A stretch of 25,515 nt of DNA. Origin: a virus (Duplodnaviria; Heunggongvirae; Uroviricota; Caudoviricetes). The stretch lies in IMG/VR virus record IMGVR_UViG_3300032326_001208, positions 64,001 through 89,515 of that record, one strand, 5' to 3'. Both the position numbers and the translations under genes were made by a program. The notes beneath the pieces were generated by a model. That model did no database searches and was not told the origin of the DNA. It saw only the letters and a program-made list of their open reading frames with translations. Of the stretch, positions 1-7,526 are shown in pieces (positions within the stretch are counted from its first letter, which is position 1; every line of letters starts with the position of its first letter).

Positions 1-2
1 CA

Positions 3-473
3 ATCCTTTCAGTAGGGTTTGACCATCCACAACTGGATTGTATCATTACGGGGAGACCTACGGCTTCTTTGAGTTGGTGGTATCAATTTGTGGGTAGGGT
101 GACACGTATCCATCCTGATAAGCAGAATGGGCTTATAATTGATTTCGTGGGGAGTGTACCAAAGTTCGGGAAAGTAGAAGATTTATATTTTAATTATGAA
201 GTTCCTTTATGGAAATTATATGGAGAAGGTCAGAAGTTATTGACGGGTATTCCACTTCACGAAATAGGTTTACACAAACAAAACCAACCATCACCACACG
301 ATATAGCCGCTCAAGGTCCTGTGGTTAAGATGACATTCGGAAAATATAAAGATACTGAAATTCGTAAGATTCCAATTTGGTATCGTAAATGGATGTTAGA
401 AAATATTAAATGGAATCCTTTCAACAAACACATTCAGCAGGAGTTACTCCGTCTTAAAGAAATCGGTATTTAG
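3..473 (+). CDS. SF2 (DEAD/DEAH-like) helicase, C-terminal part (5'-truncated by the window), with a small C-terminal DUF3820-like domain
   Basis: The frame is open from position 3: ILSVGFDHPQLDCIITGRPTASLSWWYQFVGRVTR, matching helicase motifs V and VI. The tail MTFGKYKDTEIRKIPIWYRKWMLEN resembles DUF3820-type 'FGKYKG...P..Y..W' domains. Confidence 0.85.
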   Translation: MLSVGFDHPQLDCIITGRPTASLSWWYQFVGRVTRIHPDKQNGLIIDFVGSVPKFGKVEDLYFNYEVPLWKLYGEGQKLLTGIPLHEIGLHKQNQPSPHDIAAQGPVVKMTFGKYKDTEIRKIPIWYRKWMLENIKWNPFNKHIQQELLRLKEIGI

Positions 474-493
474 TTTAGTTAATATTTATTAGT

Positions 494-739
494 ATGAGTA
501 AAATAAAATACTACATACTACGATATTGGGTTTCTTTCTCTTTTTTAGTATTAGCATATTATTTTTACGAACCACAATCAACAACCATTCATTGCTCTCC
601 AAACATATTAATTAGTGTTGGGGAATCAAAAACTCTTTTGGGATTAGGTGAAATGACTTGGATGTGGATATTAATGGCAATAGCACACGGAGCAAATGCC
701 TGTTATTGTGATATTAAATCATTGTTGAAAAAGAAATAA
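494..739 (+). CDS. hypothetical membrane protein (81 aa)
   Basis: ORF with two hydrophobic stretches; ATATTTAT motif 4 nt upstream of the ATG. Confidence 0.6.
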   Translation: MSKIKYYILRYWVSFSFLVLAYYFYEPQSTTIHCSPNILISVGESKTLLGLGEMTWMWILMAIAHGANACYCDIKSLLKKK

Positions 740-906
740 TGATGATATCAACCACCATATCAAAGTTACTTAATCTTTTGTTATTGGTGTTTGGTTTTGT
801 TTTCTTTTTGATTTTTACACAACAATTGAAATATAGATATTATCAATGGATAGGGTTGAGAAGTGTATGGGCTAAAAAGATATTATTTAAAAAATTAATA
901 AAATAA
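739..906 (+). CDS. small single-TM hypothetical protein (55 aa, not in ORF track)
   Basis: TAATG overlap with the upstream stop; MMISTTISKLLNLLLLVFGFVFFLIFTQQLKYRYYQWIGLRSVWAKKILFKKLIK; fills the gap up to the ORF at 908. Confidence 0.6.
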   Translation: MMISTTISKLLNLLLLVFGFVFFLIFTQQLKYRYYQWIGLRSVWAKKILFKKLIK

Positions 907-907
907 G

Positions 908-1108
908 ATGTACGTTATTCATAAACAACTTATACCAAAAAACACACTTATCTGGGTATTAAAAATAAACAATAGTGATGATTTGCATTCTTTTTCTACG
1001 TTAGAGGAAGCCGAATTGAAATTAAATGAATTGAAAAATTCTGATACCGATGGTAGAGATTATAAAATTTCTATAAAGAATGAGGATGGTAGTTTTTCAG
1101 AACTGTAA
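908..1108 (+). CDS. hypothetical protein (66 aa)
   Basis: ORF starts 1 nt after the previous stop. Confidence 0.55.
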   Translation: MYVIHKQLIPKNTLIWVLKINNSDDLHSFSTLEEAELKLNELKNSDTDGRDYKISIKNEDGSFSEL

Positions 1109-1258
1109 GCTGCTCCAAGTTCCTAGTTAAAGTCTTTATTTATACTGCTTCCTTGTTTCCCTGCTTAAATAGTCTAGTGTCAATAACTATTGTCAAAAAA
1201 TCCCAAACGTAAACAAATGTGGAAAAATTTTTTAGTTTTTCAAATATAGTTTGTTTTG

Positions 1259-1292
1259 CTTGGTAATATCAGGAATTATTCGTATATTTGTA
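1259..1292 (+). promoter_or_regulatory. Bacteroidota sigma70-type promoter
   Basis: cTTGGtaatatcaggaattattcgTATATTTGta; -33 and -7 (TAnnTTTG) elements, starts 24 nt apart. Confidence 0.75.
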
Positions 1293-1316
1293 AAAAGAAT
1301 AAAAATATCTACATAT

Positions 1317-1577
1317 ATGCCTGCTAAACCAAACATAAGAAAAGACGAATTTATTAAGAAAGAAATGGTAAACGGTCCTCAACATTATGGGGGTGTTGAT
1401 AATCCATACGAAGTGATTAAAGTATGTGAAGCATGGGGGTTAGATAAGGATGCGTACCTATTCAATGTAGCTAAATACATAGCAAGAGCCGGCAAGAAAG
1501 ACCCACAAAAGGAATTAGAAGATTTAAAGAAAGCTGCATTTTACCTTAATAGAAAGATAGAAAACCTACAAAAGTAA
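1317..1577 (+). CDS. DUF3310 family protein
   Basis: Motif GPQHYGG..PYEVIKVCEAWGL....LFNVAKYIARAGKK....EDLKKAAFYL. ATG 1317 preferred over TTG 1251 because the extension overlaps the promoter. Confidence 0.85.
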   Translation: MPAKPNIRKDEFIKKEMVNGPQHYGGVDNPYEVIKVCEAWGLDKDAYLFNVAKYIARAGKKDPQKELEDLKKAAFYLNRKIENLQK

Positions 1578-1605
1578 AGAATTTGATAGGGATATATTTA
1601 TCCTT

Positions 1606-3237
1606 ATGGAATATCAAAACTTATTACTATATCCAAACGTATATCCGTCAGTTGATAATTATGGAAGAACCCTTGATGGTAACTTCGCCGTAGTTGGTAA
1701 TTACGAAAGGGATAATGTAAAACCATATACAAATCCAAGTCTAGAAAATATAGAAATTATTGATAATACTTCGTTTAGATTTATTCTTGCAGTAAAAGAA
1801 TCTAATATATCCGATGAGATACGATATTTCACTTCTCAACCTTTTTATGATGATTTATTAATATCAATAACTGAAAATAATCCCTATTTTATTAATAACG
1901 CTTTAAATGAGAATTTGTTTATAAGAGTTACACTTGATAAACAAATAGCTGTATTTAACGATTTGAAGTTAATAGATTTAGCAACCGGTGTAAAACAAAA
2001 CCAAAATCTTTTTTTAGTAGCAGATAATAGCGTTGATTACATTACATTAGTTCAATATATAGATTGGGTTGTTGGAAGAGTTAATCCGGATGATGATGAT
2101 AATAATGGAGTTTTACCTGCTGAAAAAATTGCTGATTATGAAATTGGGGAATATGACCCAGTAACCGGTGAGTTTACTCCAAATAGTGCAAAAGCTGTTG
2201 CGTTAGCAAATAGATTAGAAAGTTTATATTTGGAGTTAGAAGAAATTGAAGAAGCGATTGCAGCTATGCAAGGCGATATACCGGCTGCTCCAACAAAAAG
2301 AAAAACATCGGTATTAGAAATTGTTAGTTTGGGATTGGGAGCGCTTAGCGTAGTAAAAGGAGCTAGTGCTATCAAATCATTAGCAGCTGCAGAAAAAGCA
2401 GGAAAAGCACTTGGAAAAGGTGCACAATTAGCGGCCGTTACAGTAGAAAGAAAACTTCCAGTAGTAGGAGAGTTGAATAAGGCCGGAATGAAATCATTAG
2501 CAGATAAGGTATCACAACCTGGATTTACAAATGCATTAGGACAACCACTGGCAACGGAGGCAACAAAACAAATAGCTAAAAAGGCATTTAATTTAAAAAA
2601 CGTAGTAAATAGTGTAAAAACTGCGGCAACTCAAACCAGTCAGTTTATAAGTAATAAATCTAAACAAGTTTCTGGATTAATCAATAGAGCGGCTGGTACA
2701 CCGCTTGGTGCAGCCACAATCCAAACTGCTATTGCAGCTAGTGGTGTAGTTGCAAGTAGTAAGGGAACTGTTCAACCAAAAGGAGCAGTAGCAGTAAAAG
2801 TACTAAAAGAAGTAAGAAAAACTGCAACCATAGAATTAGGAAAAGCGGTAGTAAAAAGAGCTATTACAAAAGGAATTATAAAAGGGGCTGGGGCGAAGAT
2901 ATTGGGTGCGGCTACTGGTCCAATTGGAGCGGGTATTATGGCTGCAGTTGGTATAGTGAAGTTTTTTGTTGGTAAGGCAAAACAGAAAAAAGAATTCAAA
3001 AAACAAAAGCAAGCATATGATAAATCAATGGCTGAATTAGAACGATTAACTAAGCGAAAGGAAGATATTGAATTTGAAATAAATAATATAACAAAAAGCG
3101 GTAAATTAACAGTTGATGGTAAACCAAGAGGAGATGATAGATTTTCATCAACACAAAAGTATTTCCAAAATATAGGAAGAACTATTTTAGAAAAACAACA
3201 ACAGCAAGAAAATAATACACAAACTTCGTTTGGATAA
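1606..3237 (+). CDS. 543-aa hypothetical protein: acidic N-terminal domain, long Ala/Gly/Lys-rich helical region with two hydrophobic segments, C-terminal coiled coil
   Basis: Long ORF; composition seen directly; ATATTTAT at 1594-1601. Confidence 0.7.
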   Translation: MEYQNLLLYPNVYPSVDNYGRTLDGNFAVVGNYERDNVKPYTNPSLENIEIIDNTSFRFILAVKESNISDEIRYFTSQPFYDDLLISITENNPYFINNALNENLFIRVTLDKQIAVFNDLKLIDLATGVKQNQNLFLVADNSVDYITLVQYIDWVVGRVNPDDDDNNGVLPAEKIADYEIGEYDPVTGEFTPNSAKAVALANRLESLYLELEEIEEAIAAMQGDIPAAPTKRKTSVLEIVSLGLGALSVVKGASAIKSLAAAEKAGKALGKGAQLAAVTVERKLPVVGELNKAGMKSLADKVSQPGFTNALGQPLATEATKQIAKKAFNLKNVVNSVKTAATQTSQFISNKSKQVSGLINRAAGTPLGAATIQTAIAASGVVASSKGTVQPKGAVAVKVLKEVRKTATIELGKAVVKRAITKGIIKGAGAKILGAATGPIGAGIMAAVGIVKFFVGKAKQKKEFKKQKQAYDKSMAELERLTKRKEDIEFEINNITKSGKLTVDGKPRGDDRFSSTQKYFQNIGRTILEKQQQQENNTQTSFG

Positions 3238-3277
3238 ACTTCTTTATTTATATTTATAAGTAATAAAAAGGTTGCCG

Positions 3278-3631
3278 ATGGTTAATCCGAATGTTGCATG
3301 GAAGAAGTACCTTAATAGTAGTAATCCTATTATTAACCGATATCTTAATGAATACGGTGATAATATACTTCACCAGACATTTCAAAGATTAACGTCAGCA
3401 ATTACATCTAAAAAATCTCACATCATTTTATTTCGTTTTAAAGATTCCGATATTGTTTCCAAAATCGGTAAGGATGAATATATCCCAGCATTAGAACATT
3501 TATTAAACCTTTGTATTAAATTAGAAAAATACGAATTATGTAGAGATATACATAATAAATTGAAACTTATTAAATTAAAAAAAGCTAGGGGAAACCCCAG
3601 AAGTGTTACGGCCACCAAACCAAAAAAATAA
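3278..3631 (+). CDS. hypothetical protein with a UVR-like helical motif
   Basis: ORF; LEHLLNLCIKLEKYELCRDI resembles the 'E.YE.AA..RD' UVR motif. Start could be TTG 3272. Confidence 0.6.
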   Translation: MVNPNVAWKKYLNSSNPIINRYLNEYGDNILHQTFQRLTSAITSKKSHIILFRFKDSDIVSKIGKDEYIPALEHLLNLCIKLEKYELCRDIHNKLKLIKLKKARGNPRSVTATKPKK

Positions 3632-3637
3632 ATTGAT

Positions 3638-4489
3638 ATGGCTAAAAAGGTTAGACAGGAAGAAGTTCCAGCGGAAGTAGTTAAAGAGTATAAGTTATCG
3701 TATCCAAAAGTTATAAAGAAAATAAAATTTAAAACATTCAATCAAAAAAGATTTTACAAAGCAATTGAGCATCCCAATCACAATATTATAATGGGACATG
3801 CTTTAGCAGGAGCAGGAAAAACATACATATCAATTCAAAAAGGTTTAGAGTTATTATTACATCGTTTGTCACATATTGAAAAATTAATTATTATTAATCC
3901 AACCGTAGATGTTGGTAACGAAGATAAGTTAGGGCATTTGCCTGGAGATTTAATGGAAAAGATTGCAGTTCACAACGAATCATCTCTTTTTATAATGCAT
4001 AAAATTATTGGACCCGTAGAAACAAAAAAGTTAATAGAACAAGGTAAAATTGAGTTTAGAGTACTTAACTTTTTAAGAGGTATAAACTTTGAAAAAAGTT
4101 ATGTAATTTTAGATGAAGCACAAAACGCATCACCACATCAATTAAAAACTTTAATCACTCGTATTTCGGATGATACAAAGTTAATTATTGAAGGTGACCT
4201 TTCACAATGCGATAAGTACCGAACTAATGGTTCACCCGCTTACACAAAAAGTGGATTCTTTGATGTGTGGAAACGATTGGGCAAACTTAAAGGTGTTTAT
4301 CAAATAGAATTTACAAGAGAAGATTGTATTCGTTCAGGTATTGTTAAAAGAGTACTTGAAAGATATGAATTAGAAGAACAAATAATTTTAGGTGAAAATA
4401 ACCCTTATGATTTAGATTTCAGTTTTAAACCATTTCCAGACGAAGATGAACAGGAAATCGTTGAAAATGAGGAAGTTATAACTAATTGA
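3638..4489 (+). CDS. phoH: PhoH family ATPase
   Basis: Walker A ALAGAGKTY, LGHLPGDLMEK, FLRGINFEKSYVILDEAQN, IIEGDLSQCD, IRSGIVKRVL. Confidence 0.95.
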   Translation: MAKKVRQEEVPAEVVKEYKLSYPKVIKKIKFKTFNQKRFYKAIEHPNHNIIMGHALAGAGKTYISIQKGLELLLHRLSHIEKLIIINPTVDVGNEDKLGHLPGDLMEKIAVHNESSLFIMHKIIGPVETKKLIEQGKIEFRVLNFLRGINFEKSYVILDEAQNASPHQLKTLITRISDDTKLIIEGDLSQCDKYRTNGSPAYTKSGFFDVWKRLGKLKGVYQIEFTREDCIRSGIVKRVLERYELEEQIILGENNPYDLDFSFKPFPDEDEQEIVENEEVITN

Positions 4490-4541
4490 TTTTCAATGAC
4501 TTATGAAAAGGGGACGTAACTAGTTGATTTTCAACACGTTA
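4479..4541. repeat. two tandem 25-bp imperfect palindromes (4479-4503, 4517-4541)
   Basis: taactaattgattttcaatgactta vs taactagttgattttcaacacgtta; 20/25 identical, with a compensatory A-T to G-C change at symmetric positions 7/19. Confidence 0.7.
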
Positions 4542-4554
4542 TTTCCCCTTTTTT
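4506..4554 (+). terminator. intrinsic terminator-like long hairpin after phoH
   Basis: aaaagggga...tcccctttttt outer stem enclosing taac/gtta and gttga/tcaac stems; U-tract follows. Confidence 0.7.
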
Positions 4555-4555
4555 A

Positions 4556-4587
4556 TTTGGTAATATCAGGTATTTTTCGTATCTTTA
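4556..4587 (+). promoter_or_regulatory. Bacteroidota sigma70-type promoter
   Basis: TTTGGtaatatcaggtatttttcgTATCTTTA; shares ttggtaatatcagg with the 1259 promoter; same 24-nt register. Confidence 0.75.
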
Positions 4588-4610
4588 CTATGTAAACAAA
4601 TTGAGAGATT

Positions 4611-5093
4611 ATGTCCCAAAAAAAGATTGTATGGATTGATATGGATGGGGTGCTTGTTGATTTCAATGGGCACGTTGAAGAAACTATATCAAAGAATGTA
4701 TTTTTAAAAGAAAATTATAAGGGTAGGTATGACCATATACCTGGTATTTTCAGAAACCCAAAACCAGTTGAAGGAGCTATTGAAGCTATCAACAAATTAG
4801 CAGAAAGTGGTAAGTACGAATTGTATATAGCTACTGCGGCCCCTTGGGGTAACCCGATGGCGGCTATGGATAAGCGATTTTGGATTGAAGAACACTTTGG
4901 TAACTTATTCAAAAAGAAAATGGCAATAACTCACCTTAAAGGTTTATTAATAGGTGATTACTTAATTGATGATAGAATCGCAAATGGAGCCGGAGAATTC
5001 AAAGGTGAATTATTACGATTCGGATGGTCTTACGAAACAAAATTATTTAACGAATATCCTACTTGGGAAAGTATCCTTAAAAAATTGTTATAA
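4611..5093 (+). CDS. 5'(3')-deoxyribonucleotidase (NT5C-type HAD phosphatase)
   Basis: HAD motif I WIDMDGVLVDF, motif II IATAAPW, K..WIEEHF, GDYLIDDR. Confidence 0.92.
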   Translation: MSQKKIVWIDMDGVLVDFNGHVEETISKNVFLKENYKGRYDHIPGIFRNPKPVEGAIEAINKLAESGKYELYIATAAPWGNPMAAMDKRFWIEEHFGNLFKKKMAITHLKGLLIGDYLIDDRIANGAGEFKGELLRFGWSYETKLFNEYPTWESILKKLL

Positions 5094-5094
5094 A

Positions 5095-5649
5095 ATGAAA
5101 AAACTATTAACCCCTATTGTTTGCTTGTTTTTATTAATATCTTGTCAAAAAGATGAAATATATCCTGAACCAATTTTAAATTACGAATTGGTAATTGATT
5201 CCGTACTAAATAGAGCTGGTAATAAATCTTTACCAAAAGATAGTAATGGATATTATCATTTGGTTATAAACAATCCGTATTCTATACAACAAACGCATAG
5301 AGTAGTTGGAAGATTTTTAGTAAATAATAAACCCGCACAATATCCACATAAAATAGAATGGGAAAGTAATTTATTTTGGTCAACCAAAAGAGGTGATACT
5401 ATTGCAACGATAAGTGAAACCTATATAAATTATTTTACAGGTCAATTTACAATTGTAAAATTACCACCGTTTATAGCACTTAAATCAGAATTAGTACCAA
5501 CAACAAATATTGTATCATATACATCCAAAGATGGTGGATTCTCTAATATGATTGCTCCTATTAAAGAAATGATTGGAGATACGATGGTGTTGAAAGCAGA
5601 GAACACATTAAGTAAAAAAATAGTTTATACTAAAATAGTATTGGAATGA
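5095..5649 (+). CDS. lipoprotein (184 aa), likely surface-exposed
   Basis: True start is ATG 5095: MKKLLTPIVCLFLLIS-CQKDE, a signal peptide II with lipobox. Confidence 0.8.
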   Translation: MKKLLTPIVCLFLLISCQKDEIYPEPILNYELVIDSVLNRAGNKSLPKDSNGYYHLVINNPYSIQQTHRVVGRFLVNNKPAQYPHKIEWESNLFWSTKRGDTIATISETYINYFTGQFTIVKLPPFIALKSELVPTTNIVSYTSKDGGFSNMIAPIKEMIGDTMVLKAENTLSKKIVYTKIVLE

Positions 5650-6011
5650 GAAAGAAAGAAGTAAAACTACCAATGACTCCAATAACCGAAGAAACGTTTA
5701 TTAGACAAGGTTGGAAAAAGATTATAGCCGGTGATGGTATGGATGAAAATGGAAACGATGAAGAAGGTCATTACTACTGGACAATACCAATTCCAAAATA
5801 TAGAGATGATGAATTTGCACCGATGTTAATATCAAGTGCAACCGATGAACAACTCTTAATGAAAGAAATTGGAATAAAGCCTGGTCAATTTTTTATAGAA
5901 ATAATGGATATGGACGGGTTAGGGTTTTGTAGTAGTGAAGAAGAATTGGATATTCTATATTCAGCTCTTTGTGGAGAGGATATTGAAGAAAATTTGGAAA
6001 TTCAAGAATAA
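5646..6011 (+). CDS. acidic hypothetical protein (121 aa)
   Basis: ATGA overlap with the upstream gene. Confidence 0.7.
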   Translation: MRKKEVKLPMTPITEETFIRQGWKKIIAGDGMDENGNDEEGHYYWTIPIPKYRDDEFAPMLISSATDEQLLMKEIGIKPGQFFIEIMDMDGLGFCSSEEELDILYSALCGEDIEENLEIQE

Positions 6012-6026
6012 AATCGTATATTTGTA
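5993..6026 (+). promoter_or_regulatory. Bacteroidota sigma70-type promoter
   Basis: TTTGGaaattcaagaataaaatcgTATATTTGta, immediately upstream of ATG 6029. Confidence 0.75.
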
Positions 6027-6028
6027 TT

Positions 6029-6676
6029 ATGAAAAGTTACACAGAAAAACAATTGGAAGAAAATTACGAAAAGTTTCTAAACTTGGTTCGTAAAGCATGT
6101 AGTTCTAATCCTGAAAGATTGGAGAAACTATTAAAGATGTATTCAATGGACGAATTAGGTCCTAATTTGATTATATCACCTGCGAGTGGTAATCTCAATT
6201 ATCACAATGCGTATGAGGGTGGATATATTGACCACGTTATGAATGTTTGTAAGAACGCACTTCGTATGAAAAAACTTTACGAAGAAGCTGGTGGTATAGT
6301 TGATTTCACCGATGAGCAGTTATTATTTGCAGCACTTCATCATGATTTGGGTAAGTTAGGTATTAAAGACGAATTACACTATGTACCAAATGATTCAAAA
6401 TGGCACATTGATAATAGAGGTGAATTGTATAAAAGAAATGAAAATATTCCTTTTATGACAATTACCGATAGAACATTCTTCACATTAAATCATTACGGAG
6501 TTCAGTATAATGAGAATGAATACTTTGGTATCAAACTAACCGATGGTCTATACGATGAAGATAATGAAAAATACTTTAAAGTATATGATACTTCAAAATA
6601 CCTTCGTTCTAAAATTCAATATATACTACATTGGGCTGACCATATGAGTACAATTATTGAAAGACAAAATGCATAA
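6029..6676 (+). CDS. HD-domain hydrolase (YhaM-like HD domain)
   Basis: YHNAYEGGYIDHVMNV...ALHHDLGKLG...HWADHMST. Confidence 0.9.
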   Translation: MKSYTEKQLEENYEKFLNLVRKACSSNPERLEKLLKMYSMDELGPNLIISPASGNLNYHNAYEGGYIDHVMNVCKNALRMKKLYEEAGGIVDFTDEQLLFAALHHDLGKLGIKDELHYVPNDSKWHIDNRGELYKRNENIPFMTITDRTFFTLNHYGVQYNENEYFGIKLTDGLYDEDNEKYFKVYDTSKYLRSKIQYILHWADHMSTIIERQNA

Positions 6677-6702
6677 TTTTTAGCTACGGCTATATTTATA
6701 AA

Positions 6703-6749
6703 CCGATAGAGCTGGCCAGCATATCGGCGTATCATCCAAAAGGAGATAC
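6703..6749 (+). promoter_or_regulatory. two tandem hairpins in the hsp20 5' leader
   Basis: ccgata-ga-gct(ggcc)agc-a-tatcgg at 6703-6727 and gtatc-a-tcc(aaaa)gga-gatac at 6729-6749. Confidence 0.5.
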
Positions 6750-6775
6750 AACTTAACGCTTAAAAAAGGTAAAAA

Positions 6776-7255
6776 ATGAAAAACCAAATTCAAAGGGGAT
6801 TCCCTACCCCACATTTTAGGGACGAGTTCTTCACTCCATTAGATACTTTATTTGATAAAGTATTTTCAGATGCATTTCCTGAATTAACAAAGGAAATCGG
6901 TATCAACCCATTCCAACAAAACGCGTATCCAAAATGTGACATCATTAACTTTGATGACCGTATTGAGATTGTAGCGGAAGTACCCGGTCTAACCAAAGAA
7001 CAAATTACCATTGATGTAGATGGTGATGTGATTACATTAAAAGGAGAAAAAGCAAGTAAATCACAAGAAAAAGAAGGTGGAGTATATCTTCGTAGAGAAG
7101 TTAAACGTTCATCTTTCTTGAGAAGTTTTACAGCTGATTCTAAAATCTTTGATTTAGATAAGGTAAAAGCATCATTTGAAGATGGTGTATTGGAGTTACA
7201 AATACCAAAGAGAGAGCCTGAAAAACCAAAGAAAAGAACAATTTCAATAGGGTAA
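6776..7255 (+). CDS. hsp20: small heat-shock protein, Hsp20/alpha-crystallin family
   Basis: YPKCDII...AEVPGLTKEQITIDVDGDVITLKGEK...YLRRE...SFLRSF...VKASFEDGVLELQIPK. Confidence 0.95.
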   Translation: MKNQIQRGFPTPHFRDEFFTPLDTLFDKVFSDAFPELTKEIGINPFQQNAYPKCDIINFDDRIEIVAEVPGLTKEQITIDVDGDVITLKGEKASKSQEKEGGVYLRREVKRSSFLRSFTADSKIFDLDKVKASFEDGVLELQIPKREPEKPKKRTISIG

Positions 7256-7274
7256 TCCTATCAAAATACAGAAG

Positions 7275-7308
7275 AGGGTGGGTATCAAAATCCACCCTTT
7301 TTCTTTTT
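7275..7308 (+). terminator. intrinsic terminator after hsp20
   Basis: agggtgg-(gtatcaaaat)-ccaccct followed by ttttcttttt. Confidence 0.8.
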
Positions 7309-7341
7309 ACTTATATTTATATAGAAACAAATAATAGTTTT

Positions 7342-7521
7342 ATGAAACCTGAATACAAAATGAGAGCTCAAGAGAATTTAGAAGCAATTGCTAAAAGAGC
7401 TAAAGTTATTTCCGAAATGTTAAATGGTGAAAGACCAGTTAATCAAGATGAAGCAAAAAGAGCTGCAAAGGAAATTGAAAGATTGGTTGAATTGACAACA
7501 AACATTGTAGATTTAGCATAA
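7342..7521 (+). CDS. small helical hypothetical protein (59 aa, not in ORF track)
   Basis: MKPEYKMRAQENLEAIAKRAKVISEMLNGERPVNQDEAKRAAKEIERLVELTTNIVDLA; lies between ATATTTAT (7313) and the next ATG (7527). Confidence 0.75.
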   Translation: MKPEYKMRAQENLEAIAKRAKVISEMLNGERPVNQDEAKRAAKEIERLVELTTNIVDLA

Positions 7522-7526
7522 TAAAA

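Noticed and set aside
1109-1258. 150-bp intergenic gap with ctgct triplets, a caata/tattg palindrome and minus-strand TTGACA copies (origin or ncRNA?)
   Set aside because: The repeats are too short and irregular, and no stable fold or ORF is evident; cannot be supported.
4966-5094. N-terminal extension of the lipoprotein ORF; similar extensions at 1251-1316 and 12047-12094
   Set aside because: They overlap upstream genes or promoters, and downstream ATGs give a proper signal peptide or an A-rich start context.
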